Shown: one piece after another, positions 29,277 through 38,668 of the stretch | Position numbering within the stretch: position 1 is the first letter of the stretch | Layout: each line of letters begins with the position of its first letter | DNA from: Escherichia phage phiWec179 | Length of the DNA stretch: 64,000 nt | Strand: one strand, 5' to 3' | Sequence record: LC739533.1 | Position numbers and translations under genes: made by a program | The notes under the pieces: generated by a model | The model's input: only the letters and a program-made list of their open reading frames with translations | Told to the model about the DNA's origin: nothing | Databases searched by the model: none

Positions 29277-29719
29277 AAATCCTCCGGTGTACCAGCACGT
29301 AAAGCAGCTAAAGGTTCGGCTACAGCTTCCAGGGCGGCTTCAATTTGATCTTCAATCACATCACGAACCATTGCAATACGCTCATCAATATGCACAACGA
29401 AAGCATCGCTATAAGCACCAACTAACGTATTGTAAAATGTTTCTTGTGCGCTTAACGCGCCGCTAAGAATGAAATTACGTTGATCTTCAGGTAGTTGTTG
29501 GTGCTCTTCATATTTGGCAAACGTTTCACGGTTGATTTCCAACAGAGTCCCCATCATAAGGTCAAACTGCAAATCTTTGTCCGAGGGATTTCCCATTACA
29601 ATGGTATTGTAAATGTTCAGCAAGCTGGTGCTAACACGAGCATTGTTTTCTACACCTTCCATCTGACGGAAAATAGTTAACACATCAATAGTTTCTTCAA
29701 TCTTTTCGTTTTGGTTCAT
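29273..29719 (-). CDS. hypothetical protein
   Basis: 148-aa ORF. Confidence 0.6.
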   Translation of the reverse strand: MNQNEKIEETIDVLTIFRQMEGVENNARVSTSLLNIYNTIVMGNPSDKDLQFDLMMGTLLEINRETFAKYEEHQQLPEDQRNFILSGALSAQETFYNTLVGAYSDAFVVHIDERIAMVRDVIEDQIEAALEAVAEPLAALRAGTPEDL

Positions 29720-29897
29720 ATACGTTCTCCTCTATTATTGGAAGATATCCTGTAGTTTTACAGGGATTGCACTCATAAAGCTGGCCTACATCAACCATAA
29801 CGTAGCCTAAACCTCCACAATATGGACACTCCATAGGGGTACAAGGTACAGGTGTTGTTACGGTTACATCCACAACACGGGCAATTCTCATTCCCAT
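29697..29897 (-). CDS. small zinc-ribbon protein
   Basis: CPYCGG..CNPC. Confidence 0.5.
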   Translation of the reverse strand: MGMRIARVVDVTVTTPVPCTPMECPYCGGLGYVMVDVGQLYECNPCKTTGYLPIIEENVYEPKRKD

Positions 29898-30139
29898 TCT
29901 CCTATAAGCTGGGGATTCAAGGCGAATTGTGACATACGTTCAGTGGGAGAGTATAAGTACGGAGGTGTAATTTGCTCCAGCACCTTAGCTGCACGTACTT
30001 CATCTTCCACATCAATATGGAAACCACGTTCCATAGTTAATACGCCATGATCATTAAGAAGGAATAGAGATTCTACTCCATCTACCTTATCAATTGCAAC
30101 ATAAAGTTTAGTCATATTATCTCCATTACCATTCGGCAA
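29888..30139 (-). CDS. hypothetical protein (C-terminal PQLIGEW motif)
   Basis: Shares C-terminal motif with the next ORF. Confidence 0.5.
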   Translation of the reverse strand: MPNGNGDNMTKLYVAIDKVDGVESLFLLNDHGVLTMERGFHIDVEDEVRAAKVLEQITPPYLYSPTERMSQFALNPQLIGEWE

Positions 30140-30341
30140 TCAGTTGAGGTTTGACAGCAAAAGCTTGAAAGGTTGTAATATCATAAAGAAAGACATTAGT
30201 CGCCTCTTTCAGCTTAGTTGTCATGCCAGCCTTAGTTTCTCCGTTCCACGGGAAGATAGCAACACCTTGCTCTCCAACTAACCACCAGTGGTAATTGCCG
30301 TCACGAAGATCTTTTGCTTTATAAAGATAATTAGTAATCAT
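30126..30341 (-). CDS. hypothetical protein (C-terminal PQLIAEW motif)
   Basis: Start taken at internal ATG 30341; the longer 101-aa version has an atypical basic N-terminal extension. Confidence 0.45.
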   Translation of the reverse strand: MITNYLYKAKDLRDGNYHWWLVGEQGVAIFPWNGETKAGMTTKLKEATNVFLYDITTFQAFAVKPQLIAEW

Positions 30342-30504
30342 TGCCACGTTTCTCCCATCTTTGCATCGCCTGTAACCAGCCCTCGGCTCTTTCCCTGGTT
30401 TCGAAGTAGACAGGAATACCCGTCCCTGCAAATGTGACCCACCAAGTGAAGATCCACCAACCTGTTTTTATGCGATATCCTGTTTCATATTCGACCACTT
30501 TCAT
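30331..30504 (-). CDS. small protein (57 aa)
   Basis: Not in track; only consistent with the short version of the previous ORF. Confidence 0.3.
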   Translation of the reverse strand: MKVVEYETGYRIKTGWWIFTWWVTFAGTGIPVYFETRERAEGWLQAMQRWEKRGNDY

Positions 30505-30694
30505 GAGTCACCTTTAAAATCGTCTCACTATATCATTTACTATGTGTGTCTGTCAAGTTTTTCTTAGGGAAGAAGAGATCACAATAATGAATGTAGAAAA
30601 GTTCCACCAAAACCTCATCCTTGTACGACAAACACTGCTCATCCTATTATTTTACATTAAAGCTTGGATAACAACCATCAGACAAATCTTAGTA

Positions 30695-30859
30695 TCATCT
30701 TATGGCTACAAGATAGAAACATAGAACACATCCAACCACACTTACTAAGAAACTGACATAAACAACAAACCTGTTATCGTCCACAATAGCCACAGCTAAT
30801 GCGGCAGATGTTATCAGGAAAAGAACCATCAACAGAATATCCCTGTTTACTGCATCCAT
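30695..30859 (-). CDS. small membrane protein (54 aa)
   Basis: Not in track; strong RBS aagaggagg; two hydrophobic segments; preceded by TTGTAA-17-TATACT promoter-like site. Confidence 0.45.
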   Translation of the reverse strand: MDAVNRDILLMVLFLITSAALAVAIVDDNRFVVYVSFLVSVVGCVLCFYLVAIR

Positions 30860-31146
30860 AGACACCTCCTCTTGTTAGTTACAGAGAGTATAATACCGGA
30901 ACGTTACGATTACAACTACGAAGAACGGGTGATTTTTGATTGATAGGTAGGACTTATCTGAAAGGAATAATTGATAGGGAACGCTGTATTGACTTTTGCG
31001 AAAAAACATGCTACCCTAAACATATGTTTACGAGCGATAGCGAGTAGTGATTTCTATAGTATTATTGCATGTTACTCACGATAGGGAGTAAGCAATGTTA
31101 GTGAGGTAGACAGACTATGATCAACCATCTACCTACTAACTATCTA

Positions 31147-31347
31147 TTACTCAGAGAAGGTACATTCGAGTACAGTCCAGACTAATATTACAGTCCAAGA
31201 TGCTAACAGTATCCTGAAGATAGTCCACCAACTAAACACATCTACCGTAATCCAGTGTCCAGCTACCAGTGATCCTGCTAACCAACCTCCTACAACAGTG
31301 ATAACCCAAAGAATAAAACCTATCAAAGAAAACGTAGCAAGTTTCAT
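31147..31347 (-). CDS. small membrane protein
   Basis: 66 aa, W-rich hydrophobic segments. Confidence 0.5.
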   Translation of the reverse strand: MKLATFSLIGFILWVITVVGGWLAGSLVAGHWITVDVFSWWTIFRILLASWTVILVWTVLECTFSE

Positions 31348-31628
31348 TAGACTTCTCCTCTATAAAGTTTATCTTCTCTTCTAACTTCAATCTTACACTC
31401 TTTGTCTACCACAATCAAGACTGAACATGAGTAATATCCTTCTGCAACAGTCTCGATCTGTTCTTCCAGATCCTTCGTCAATTCCTCTCCCATGAGATAG
31501 AAGGCAAACTTCGTGCAATGTAATAACTCTTCCTTGAAGTTAACCATCTTGTAGATGTTCATCCCAGTCTTATGTTCATCTACTGTCCAACCACTTGATC
31601 GAAGTCTGACTGCTGCGTTATGTCTCAT
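31347..31628 (-). CDS. hypothetical protein
   Basis: 93-aa ORF. Confidence 0.5.
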   Translation of the reverse strand: MRHNAAVRLRSSGWTVDEHKTGMNIYKMVNFKEELLHCTKFAFYLMGEELTKDLEEQIETVAEGYYSCSVLIVVDKECKIEVRREDKLYRGEV

Positions 31629-31768
31629 CGTCCGTTACCATTCAATTGATCACGTAGCTTTTCTGCATCTCGTTTCTGTGGGAACGTGGCAACAGAGACA
31701 TTGAATTCATTAACAACAGAAAAGGACTTGTCCAGGTTTTCACGGATAGTAAAAGGTTTCTTGCTCAT
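31625..31768 (-). CDS. small protein (47 aa)
   Basis: Not in track; RBS ggaggg; ATGA overlaps at both ends. Confidence 0.4.
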   Translation of the reverse strand: MSKKPFTIRENLDKSFSVVNEFNVSVATFPQKRDAEKLRDQLNGNGR

Positions 31769-32118
31769 AATCTCCCTCCATCTTTAAGACGATTTTTAAC
31801 CCAGCGTAGACGATCTGGATCTGTGTGTTGTGAAGCGTTTTCCGAATCCAGTAAATAAGCCTTTCTTCCGAACGGATAGGTTTCACATAACCCTGCTTCA
31901 ATAAACTGATTATACATCTCTTTCATAGTGTTTTCGATTAAATACCAGTTACCTTCTGGAAGGTCTAAATCATACAACCAATACTCAAGATTACCACACA
32001 ACCCTACAGAAGAGCTAAACACGTCTTCCATAACAAGGCCCGTCTCGTCTCCATTTTCAGCCCAAGATAACCAAGCCTGATAAAAATCTAAAAGTAATTT
32101 ACTTGATGCAATCTTCAT
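31765..32118 (-). CDS. family-A paralog (LxFY..WL.W / GLC.NL / PF / H.N..R..WV)
   Basis: LLLDFYQAWLSW..VGLCGNLEYW..TYPF..HTDPDRLRWVKNRL; start at ATG 32118 (RBS ggagag). Confidence 0.6.
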   Translation of the reverse strand: MKIASSKLLLDFYQAWLSWAENGDETGLVMEDVFSSSVGLCGNLEYWLYDLDLPEGNWYLIENTMKEMYNQFIEAGLCETYPFGRKAYLLDSENASQHTDPDRLRWVKNRLKDGGRL

Positions 32119-32120
32119 GC

Positions 32121-32306
32121 TCACTCTCCTACACTTTCTGGTGTGCCATCCCAAGCACCTAAGACTTCTTTCAGGTGTGCACGGGGTTCTTTAAAATACT
32201 CCTCCATTTTATCCAGAAGATCGTCTGTGTTTGGGCTGTATCCCAACATCCCACGTAAAACTCTTTCTTCTTGCAAGACCAACCATCTATGATAGCTTCG
32301 AATCAT
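32121..32306 (-). CDS. hypothetical protein
   Basis: Start at ATG 32306 (RBS ggagg). Confidence 0.45.
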   Translation of the reverse strand: MIRSYHRWLVLQEERVLRGMLGYSPNTDDLLDKMEEYFKEPRAHLKEVLGAWDGTPESVGE

Positions 32307-32721
32307 AATATTCCTCCAAGAGTTTCTCAATTCTCTGAACGGTCTTAGTATCCCAATAAACCTTATTAAAGTCAAGTGTTCCATGTGCATTTCTTTTTGT
32401 TTCGAAGTAATAACCACCTTCCCGCTCCAAGCGATCACGGATCACTTCTATAAGATGATCCTTACCTATCTGCGTCAAACAATAATCATACTCTCCTTTT
32501 AAGAGATCTATAGAAGGTTGACGGTTATCTCCAACCTGGGAAATCTTCCAATTTACCAATGATCCTTGTATACCAACGTCTGTCTGCTTCACAGCGAAGC
32601 CTTTGGCACCCCAGCTACCCAACGTTACCACTAACAGGGCTTCTCCCGTCAGAGAGCGATTAAGCGTGTCGCTTCGGGGTTCACTTAAAGTTGAAAACCA
32701 TTTAAGAATCTTTTTAAACAT
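32287..32721 (-). CDS. hypothetical protein
   Basis: Start at ATG 32721 (RBS gaggag). Confidence 0.55.
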   Translation of the reverse strand: MFKKILKWFSTLSEPRSDTLNRSLTGEALLVVTLGSWGAKGFAVKQTDVGIQGSLVNWKISQVGDNRQPSIDLLKGEYDYCLTQIGKDHLIEVIRDRLEREGGYYFETKRNAHGTLDFNKVYWDTKTVQRIEKLLEEYYDSKLS

Positions 32722-32782
32722 TATATGCTCCTCTCGTTCAACATGCACAAACAATAACACCCTCCAAAGAGGGTGTCAATGA

Positions 32783-33010
32783 TTAATCGATCACAAAAAA
32801 CGTAGCGTTCAAACGTCTGAATGTCGCAGGGCTATATCCATGATCACACTCTTCAATGAACTGATCTGTAGTCTGATCGTAACTATAATACTGATCATTT
32901 TGGAAATGGAAGGACGCACAGAACAAATCATTTCCTACAGTCCACACTGCCACAAAATTCTTACCGAACGGATAACCTTCAGCTACTTTCATTCTCCCTC
33001 CTCTTACCAA
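32783..33010 (-). CDS. hypothetical protein
   Basis: 75-aa ORF. Confidence 0.5.
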   Translation of the reverse strand: MVRGGRMKVAEGYPFGKNFVAVWTVGNDLFCASFHFQNDQYYSYDQTTDQFIEECDHGYSPATFRRLNATFFVID

Positions 33011-33273
33011 GAAACATACATAGAATACACAAAATCATTGCAGTCTGTCGTAAACGTCGCACTGCAACCTTGAGATCTGAATTTATCACAAATCCCGCGT
33101 ACAATCGAAGCTTGTAGTTCTTTACCTTTCGGTAGACCTAAAGCTTTTACTGGGTTCTGAATCGTCGTGCTGTAGTAACCCCCTTCTGCTGCCGTTGTAA
33201 TGAGGATTTCTGCTCGTTTGATATATTCAAAGTTCACAGAGTCAGCCAAAGCGTGTAAAGAATATGCATCCAT
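33004..33273 (-). CDS. hypothetical protein
   Basis: 89-aa ORF. Confidence 0.5.
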   Translation of the reverse strand: MDAYSLHALADSVNFEYIKRAEILITTAAEGGYYSTTIQNPVKALGLPKGKELQASIVRGICDKFRSQGCSATFTTDCNDFVYSMYVSW

Positions 33274-33283
33274 TATAACCTCC

Positions 33284-33619
33284 TCAAGAACGATCGAGTT
33301 TCATTAAAAATACAATCATAGCTGCACGCAGTGGTTTATCGTCTTCACGGGACGGTACACCTTCTGTCTTCGCAAGCCAACCGCGAGGAAAACCATCTTC
33401 CCCTGTTACAGGGCTGATACAAATCCTATGTTTTACTATGATAGCCCAAGCATCTGCTGGATCATTGCAGTAATCATACCAAGTGTAATTGCCGTTGCAG
33501 TCATTCCCCACTGATCGTCCATCTGCATTGTGCGGATAACCTAAAGGCTTGACACCGTGGACTGCTGCAAACACACGCTTGTTGATTTCAAAATCACTCA
33601 TTACTCCATATTCTGTCAT
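33284..33619 (-). CDS. hypothetical protein
   Basis: 111-aa ORF. Confidence 0.55.
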   Translation of the reverse strand: MTEYGVMSDFEINKRVFAAVHGVKPLGYPHNADGRSVGNDCNGNYTWYDYCNDPADAWAIIVKHRICISPVTGEDGFPRGWLAKTEGVPSREDDKPLRAAMIVFLMKLDRS

Positions 33620-33945
33620 GCTTTCTCCTTATCTTTGGATACTGGAAGGATATTGATCATAACAACCCCATCATATCCGTAGGTATCGTTGATTGTAGTT
33701 TCAACTTCACGTATGTCGGCTAAAGATGGAGGCCAATCTGTGAATTGCACATCAATATTACCTGTCCCGATAAAATTACCTTCTTCTGGTCTGTAGTTGT
33801 ATACAAACACAGCATCGTAACGAAACTCCTTCTGTTTGTTACGCTTCTTAAAAGTGCGGTCTAAGGCATAGATGCTTCCTATGACACATACCGCTACAGC
33901 AACAACAACAATGTTAAAATAGAGTTCTTGTAAAATTGCGCTCAT
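33616..33945 (-). CDS. membrane-anchored hypothetical protein
   Basis: N-terminal hydrophobic helix. Confidence 0.55.
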   Translation of the reverse strand: MSAILQELYFNIVVVAVAVCVIGSIYALDRTFKKRNKQKEFRYDAVFVYNYRPEEGNFIGTGNIDVQFTDWPPSLADIREVETTINDTYGYDGVVMINILPVSKDKEKA

Positions 33946-33947
33946 TG

Positions 33948-34277
33948 TTATTTACCCCCTTTCAGTTTTGATTTAACCCATGCCAACCGTTCTTTGTTCA
34001 TATGTTGCGTGCCGTGCTCATAATCCTGCATATAAGCTAAGTCACCAAATGGGTACAAGGTGTCTTGGAAATCTTTGAAAAGCATCTCTGCAAATGCTTC
34101 GTTAACTTCGTCAATTTCTTTTAATGAAAACCCTTGTTCCAGTAACCAGTAAGACAAAGAGTCGCAAAGCCTAACAAGTGTGCTGAAAGGTTTGACATTC
34201 TCTCTTTTCGGAGCCACTTTAGCCCAGGCTAACCATGCCTTAAGAAATTGTTGGATAATCACTTCGTTCTTTGTCAT
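33948..34277 (-). CDS. family-A paralog
   Basis: IQQFLKAWLAW..LYPF..HMNKERLAWVKSKL; start at ATG 34277 (RBS aggag). Confidence 0.55.
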   Translation of the reverse strand: MTKNEVIIQQFLKAWLAWAKVAPKRENVKPFSTLVRLCDSLSYWLLEQGFSLKEIDEVNEAFAEMLFKDFQDTLYPFGDLAYMQDYEHGTQHMNKERLAWVKSKLKGGK

Positions 34278-34285
34278 TTTAGCTC

Positions 34286-34966
34286 CTATTTGATGTTCAG
34301 TTTGTTGAGCAGACGTTGAACCGTATAAGGGTGCCATGTGGTACTGCCACGAACGGTTTCAATTTTCTCTTCAGTAAAGATCTCTGCAATTCGAGTCAGA
34401 GATGCTCCTGCTTTCCTCATTAACGTCACTTTATCACGAAGCTTCTCTGCATACAAGACACTTTTATCATTTTTTCGAGGTTGTTTGTAGTCTTGACGTG
34501 ATTCTTTATACTTAGGGGAAGCAGATCCTAAAAGAACTCCTTTGCTCTTAGCTACTGCCAAACCTTTTTTGATACGATCTGCCATACCGCGAACTTCCTG
34601 TTCGGCGAGAACAGATAAAAGCTGGATAACCATCTTATCCGCATCTGGCATAATGGCGATCTTAACGTCGATCATTTCCAGCAAGATTGCTACCGAGGCG
34701 TTGTTACGACCTAAACGGTCCACTTTAGCTACCAGGAGGGTTGCTCCGGTAGCTTTACACATCTCAACAGCCTTGACAAGTTCTTTACGTTGCTTCCAGT
34801 CACCTTTACCTGAATAGAATTCAGAAAACTCTCCGATCACTTCAGCCTCCGGCACAGACTCCAAGAAGTAACGGATATCGTTCTCCTGACTCTGCATACC
34901 ATACTGGGCTTCGCCTTTCTTCTGTTTGGACAAACGGCTGTAAACAACAAACTTTTTCATGATCAA
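34286..34966 (-). CDS. serine recombinase (resolvase/invertase family)
   Basis: YSRLS..Q catalytic Ser region, LLVAKVDRLGRN, AEQEVRGMADRIKKGLAVAKSKG, C-terminal HTH-like segment. Confidence 0.8.
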   Translation of the reverse strand: MIMKKFVVYSRLSKQKKGEAQYGMQSQENDIRYFLESVPEAEVIGEFSEFYSGKGDWKQRKELVKAVEMCKATGATLLVAKVDRLGRNNASVAILLEMIDVKIAIMPDADKMVIQLLSVLAEQEVRGMADRIKKGLAVAKSKGVLLGSASPKYKESRQDYKQPRKNDKSVLYAEKLRDKVTLMRKAGASLTRIAEIFTEEKIETVRGSTTWHPYTVQRLLNKLNIK

Positions 34967-34970
34967 CTCC

Positions 34971-35177
34971 TCAATCGTTATTAGGCTTCCATTTTACAAA
35001 CTTGAAGCAGTTATTGTCAAGGAATTTATTGGCATCTTTTTCCTGTTTCCAAACGGTGCATTGTTCTTTAAGGGCTATCTGTTCATTCTGCACATCTGAT
35101 ACCACATCAGCAAGGAGGATCAGAAATCCCAAAAAGACCAACATCAATAACAGATTAAAGAAAGTTTGAAAACTCAT
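34971..35177 (-). CDS. small membrane protein
   Basis: Start at ATG 35177 (RBS gggagg); hydrophobic helix. Confidence 0.5.
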   Translation of the reverse strand: MSFQTFFNLLLMLVFLGFLILLADVVSDVQNEQIALKEQCTVWKQEKDANKFLDNNCFKFVKWKPNND

Positions 35178-35428
35178 GCGTCCTCCCATTTGATCCACAG
35201 AATCATTTCTTCAACGTAAACCTCTTTACCTTTGTTATTGATGAAAGTGTATTCTATGAACTCCGCTGTATACTTTTTGTTGTATTGCTCCGCTGCTGGG
35301 ATCGGACACTTTGTCATACGTGTCTCAACCCATTGACGATGAATCGTTGCCTTGTTTTTGGGGTCAAACGGGTGTAAATAGTGTGGTTCCCCACCCTGAC
35401 TTTGCCCCATCTTATTTTTCTTTGCCAT
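35174..35428 (-). CDS. hypothetical protein
   Basis: Start at ATG 35428 (RBS ggagg). Confidence 0.5.
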   Translation of the reverse strand: MAKKNKMGQSQGGEPHYLHPFDPKNKATIHRQWVETRMTKCPIPAAEQYNKKYTAEFIEYTFINNKGKEVYVEEMILWIKWEDA

Positions 35429-35756
35429 GCTGCACCTCCTCCAGACGGTCATACACCCAAGCAAGACGATCGAAGTTTTTGTGTTGGGTGCCGGACTTCT
35501 TCTCAATCCAATAACAAGGAATCCAACCTGACAGATCCCACTCGCCATCGAACGGATAGTTCCATTCTAAACCTTCCGCTTCAAACTGCTCTACCATTTC
35601 ATCAGAAAGGGAAATATACAAATCTTGGTCTTCCCCGCAATACACTTCCACTGCATGACACAAACCGCAAGCTTTGATGTTTTCGTGCGGATCTTGGCCC
35701 ATAGCCTGATCCAACCACCACTCATAAAACTCCAGTAAAGCTTCACTTGATCTCAT
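35412..35756 (-). CDS. family-A paralog
   Basis: LLEFYEWWL..CGLC..YPF..HKNFDRLAWVYDRL; start at ATG 35756. Confidence 0.55.
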   Translation of the reverse strand: MRSSEALLEFYEWWLDQAMGQDPHENIKACGLCHAVEVYCGEDQDLYISLSDEMVEQFEAEGLEWNYPFDGEWDLSGWIPCYWIEKKSGTQHKNFDRLAWVYDRLEEVQHGKEK

Positions 35757-36129
35757 TTTCTTCCCCTCCCCCTTTTCCAATAAGCGGCGAAGCCGCGATC
35801 ATCGACTTATAGACAACTTCGGCTGTTCGGGTTAGCCCCGTCCAGTCCTTCGCTGCCTCCAACATTTCTGGGGTAGGCTCTTTCGGGACCAAGACATACC
35901 CTTCTGGGACACACATCCCACTCTCTTTCTTTTCGGCTTCTTCCGACATAACTTGCCACACTCCATAGCTGCAATTCTCGAACAAACAATAGAGTTCAGA
36001 TCCTTCATCATCCACGACAATGAAACAGTTCTCATCTGCTACTTTGGCATTATAGATCCGACCTATGGTCAAATAGTCTCGGACATTAATAAACTTAGAG
36101 GCAAGAAACTTCACACGAATGTTTTTCAT
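35743..36129 (-). CDS. hypothetical protein
   Basis: 128-aa ORF. Confidence 0.55.
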   Translation of the reverse strand: MKNIRVKFLASKFINVRDYLTIGRIYNAKVADENCFIVVDDEGSELYCLFENCSYGVWQVMSEEAEKKESGMCVPEGYVLVPKEPTPEMLEAAKDWTGLTRTAEVVYKSMIAASPLIGKGGGEENEIK

Positions 36130-36365
36130 TTCTTAAACTCCGAAAAGCAACCCAAAGAGATGACCCCGCCATTATAGACGATAGCAAACTGGCACCCTGT
36201 CTTTGTGTCTGTGATGATGTAATCTAAAGCCCCAGTCATGCCAGTTTGAACAAAGCGATCCTTGGTTACAACTTTTGAGTCCGAGAAGCCGTTAACTTTC
36301 GGCACAGTGTCTGCCATAACAGTAGGAGTCACCAGAAACAATGCGATCAGTAATGCCTTTTTCAT
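36126..36365 (-). CDS. small secreted protein (signal peptide)
   Basis: MKKALLIALFLVTPTVMA N-terminus. Confidence 0.55.
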   Translation of the reverse strand: MKKALLIALFLVTPTVMADTVPKVNGFSDSKVVTKDRFVQTGMTGALDYIITDTKTGCQFAIVYNGGVISLGCFSEFKK

Positions 36366-36376
36366 AAACCCTCCAG

Positions 36377-36691
36377 TTAGCCTTGAAATGAATTGCGACG
36401 ACCAATACGGGCACAGCGATCACCTTCATAAGAGGTGAAATCCAGACTCACTCGGAAGCCAGGGTGGGTATCAGAGATCCCCACATTCTTCACCCACATC
36501 TCGAAACTGCCGATATGTAAGGTCATAATGTTTACATACCATTCCAGCGTCACTTCTGTGCCGTCTACGCCTGTGATGTAGAAATCACGAGCGAAATGGG
36601 TGTCGTGCTTCTGTTTCTGACGCTCATACTTAGCGATTGCACCTTTCTCAACAGCCGCTTTCAGGATCACTTCTAACTCTTCTATTTGCAT
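36377..36691 (-). CDS. hypothetical protein
   Basis: 104-aa ORF, begins MQIEE like the next ORF. Confidence 0.55.
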   Translation of the reverse strand: MQIEELEVILKAAVEKGAIAKYERQKQKHDTHFARDFYITGVDGTEVTLEWYVNIMTLHIGSFEMWVKNVGISDTHPGFRVSLDFTSYEGDRCARIGRRNSFQG

Positions 36692-36745
36692 GTTCTCTCT
36701 CCTTTATTGTTGATGCAACCACTATAATATGTCTGACACTCTCTG

Positions 36746-36961
36746 TCAAATGTTTTCTGCTTCCAGCACTACTCTTTGGATCTGCACGTCATCAATGTTT
36801 GCGAGACAATTCCCTAAAATAAGCCCTGCTCGGAAAGGGGCTTGGAACTTGGAGGAAGCCCCCACTCGAATAGAATACTCCACACCGCACATAACATAAT
36901 CTACACGGTACATATTCAAGCCCATGAACATGAGTTCTTCTTCCGACTCTTCGATTTGCAT
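36746..36961 (-). CDS. hypothetical protein
   Basis: 71-aa ORF. Confidence 0.5.
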   Translation of the reverse strand: MQIEESEEELMFMGLNMYRVDYVMCGVEYSIRVGASSKFQAPFRAGLILGNCLANIDDVQIQRVVLEAENI

Positions 36962-36973
36962 TTTTATCTCCTC

Positions 36974-37528
36974 TTAGTTCCAACTAATAATGATGTGTTT
37001 GATAACCCCAAAAACGCTATATTCCGCTGTTGTCAACGTTACATCTAAACCTTTTGCACGCAACATTGCGGCTACTACATTCACCCCTTCTTTCTGTTTA
37101 TCCATCTCTTCGTAAGAAGAAGGGCTGTTACACAAACCAAAACTCGAAGGTTCAAAATATTTTTGGAATTTTCCCTGTTCTGCATAATCTTCAATCTCCA
37201 GCAGAACACAGTCTACCATTTCAGTAAAATGGGAATTTGCTTGCAGTGCTTTACTACGTAGTTTATCACGTAAACTTCCCACAAACCCTTCCTGATCTTC
37301 TGTTTGCTCTACTTCACAGAAAGGATGAAGTTCAGCCCAGTCCCAAACGTCTCCCTCTAAAGCAAACGTTGTGTTGTAGTTGAAGAAGGTGCAACGTGGA
37401 AGTTCCCCGTTGAAAGAATCCTTCAGCAAAATGTATTTCTTACCATTTGCGTGGAAGAGTTCCCCTTTGATAACCTTGCCTTTCTGGATATCGCTGTCGG
37501 TGGAACGGGTGCAGATAAACTGTTTCAT
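36974..37528 (-). CDS. hypothetical protein (family-C C-terminal domain)
   Basis: C-terminal F.PSSFGLCNSP..VVAAMLRAKGLDV shared with ORF 43765..44067. Confidence 0.6.
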   Translation of the reverse strand: MKQFICTRSTDSDIQKGKVIKGELFHANGKKYILLKDSFNGELPRCTFFNYNTTFALEGDVWDWAELHPFCEVEQTEDQEGFVGSLRDKLRSKALQANSHFTEMVDCVLLEIEDYAEQGKFQKYFEPSSFGLCNSPSSYEEMDKQKEGVNVVAAMLRAKGLDVTLTTAEYSVFGVIKHIIISWN

Positions 37529-37582
37529 GATTTTCTCCTCTCTGTTTCGATGAGATGATTATGACAAAGACAGATCCTTCTG

Positions 37583-37909
37583 TCAACCAATTATTTCTTC
37601 TGCTATACGTTCTTTTACCCAGTTCACACGATCCACATTCAAATGACAACGGCTTCTTTCCGCTTCTAAGGTGTACTTTCCAAAATTACTGTTGAAAGGC
37701 AACACCATAACCAAATCTTTGCGGTAGAACTGCTCATGCATTTCATCCAGTACAGGTTCGTATCGTTCGCTTTCCCCCATATCGTAAAAATCATAGAGGT
37801 TCGAGCACAAACCTGTGCAACGGGTGAACGGTTCACCTTCAGGAGCACCAGCTTCCAACCATGCCAAATACGTGCGGTAAAATGTTAATAGTTCTTCGCT
37901 CATTTCCAC
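37583..37909 (-). CDS. family-A paralog
   Basis: LLTFYRTYLAWLEAGAP..GLCSNLYDF..LPFN..CHLNVDRVNWVKERIAEE. Confidence 0.65.
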   Translation of the reverse strand: MEMSEELLTFYRTYLAWLEAGAPEGEPFTRCTGLCSNLYDFYDMGESERYEPVLDEMHEQFYRKDLVMVLPFNSNFGKYTLEAERSRCHLNVDRVNWVKERIAEEIIG

Positions 37910-38112
37910 TCTCCTTCATGATAGTAAACCTCAAAAGAATAGTAAGTGAACATGCTCATTGTAACACCTCCCATTTCTGGATCAACGGAAGTGTTGTTAT
38001 ACATGTCAACTACTGCCTGACCCGCTGCTTTGGCATGTGCTGCCGAATCACAGGCACAAACATCTTTCTCCCACGGAAACTTGCCATCATACTTAAGACG
38101 GACAATCCACAT
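37900..38112 (-). CDS. hypothetical protein
   Basis: 70-aa ORF. Confidence 0.5.
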   Translation of the reverse strand: MWIVRLKYDGKFPWEKDVCACDSAAHAKAAGQAVVDMYNNTSVDPEMGGVTMSMFTYYSFEVYYHEGEWK

Positions 38113-38114
38113 GA

Positions 38115-38342
38115 TTATTCCTCCATCTTAAACCATTGAGGGAATACTTTACGGAAGACACGAGTTGCTTCCAAAAGGAATTCCAATTCTTTTTCCCGAT
38201 CTGCGTTCCAACCGTGTACTTTAACATTGATCGCCAGTGCATCAGCGCGCTGACTCAATGCTTGGCAAATCGGATCGCGCAACACTACCGCATCATAAAA
38301 CTGACAAACAGCTTCAAGTTCATACCAATTATAAGCAGCCAT
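38115..38342 (-). CDS. hypothetical protein
   Basis: 75-aa ORF. Confidence 0.5.
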   Translation of the reverse strand: MAAYNWYELEAVCQFYDAVVLRDPICQALSQRADALAINVKVHGWNADREKELEFLLEATRVFRKVFPQWFKMEE

Positions 38343-38668
38343 TATTCATTCTCCTCTGCAATACGATCTTTAACCCAATTAATCCTGTCCACGTTCAGGT
38401 GACAGGCATCTGCATCTGACTCTAAAACATATGCATCGTAGTTCTCATTGAAAGGGAGTTCTTGACTCAACCCTTTATAGTGGAACTGTGCGTGCATCTC
38501 ATCTGACAAGGTTATTATAATGAGATTGAAGCCATCCCTGTGCACATAATCGAACAAGTTGGCACACAAACCCACACTTGGCAGAAACGGTCTGCCATAA
38601 GGAGCACCATTTTCAATCCATGCCAGATACTTTTTGTAAAACTTCATCAACTCTTCACTTGTTTTCAT
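38342..38668 (-). CDS. family-A paralog
   Basis: LMKFYKKYLAWIENGAP..GLCANLFDY..LPFN..CHLNVDRINWVKDRIAEE. Confidence 0.65.
   Translation of the reverse strand: MKTSEELMKFYKKYLAWIENGAPYGRPFLPSVGLCANLFDYVHRDGFNLIIITLSDEMHAQFHYKGLSQELPFNENYDAYVLESDADACHLNVDRINWVKDRIAEENE

Noticed and set aside
30126-30431. 101-aa version of ORF 30126..30431
   Set aside because: The N-terminal 30 residues are an atypical basic extension overlapping a better-supported upstream micro-ORF; the internal ATG at 30341 is preferred.
34286-34966. Integrated prophage or temperate lifestyle on the basis of the recombinase
   Set aside because: The enzyme is a small resolvase/invertase-type serine recombinase, not a large serine or tyrosine integrase; no repressor or attachment site is evident and the gene content is that of a virulent phage.
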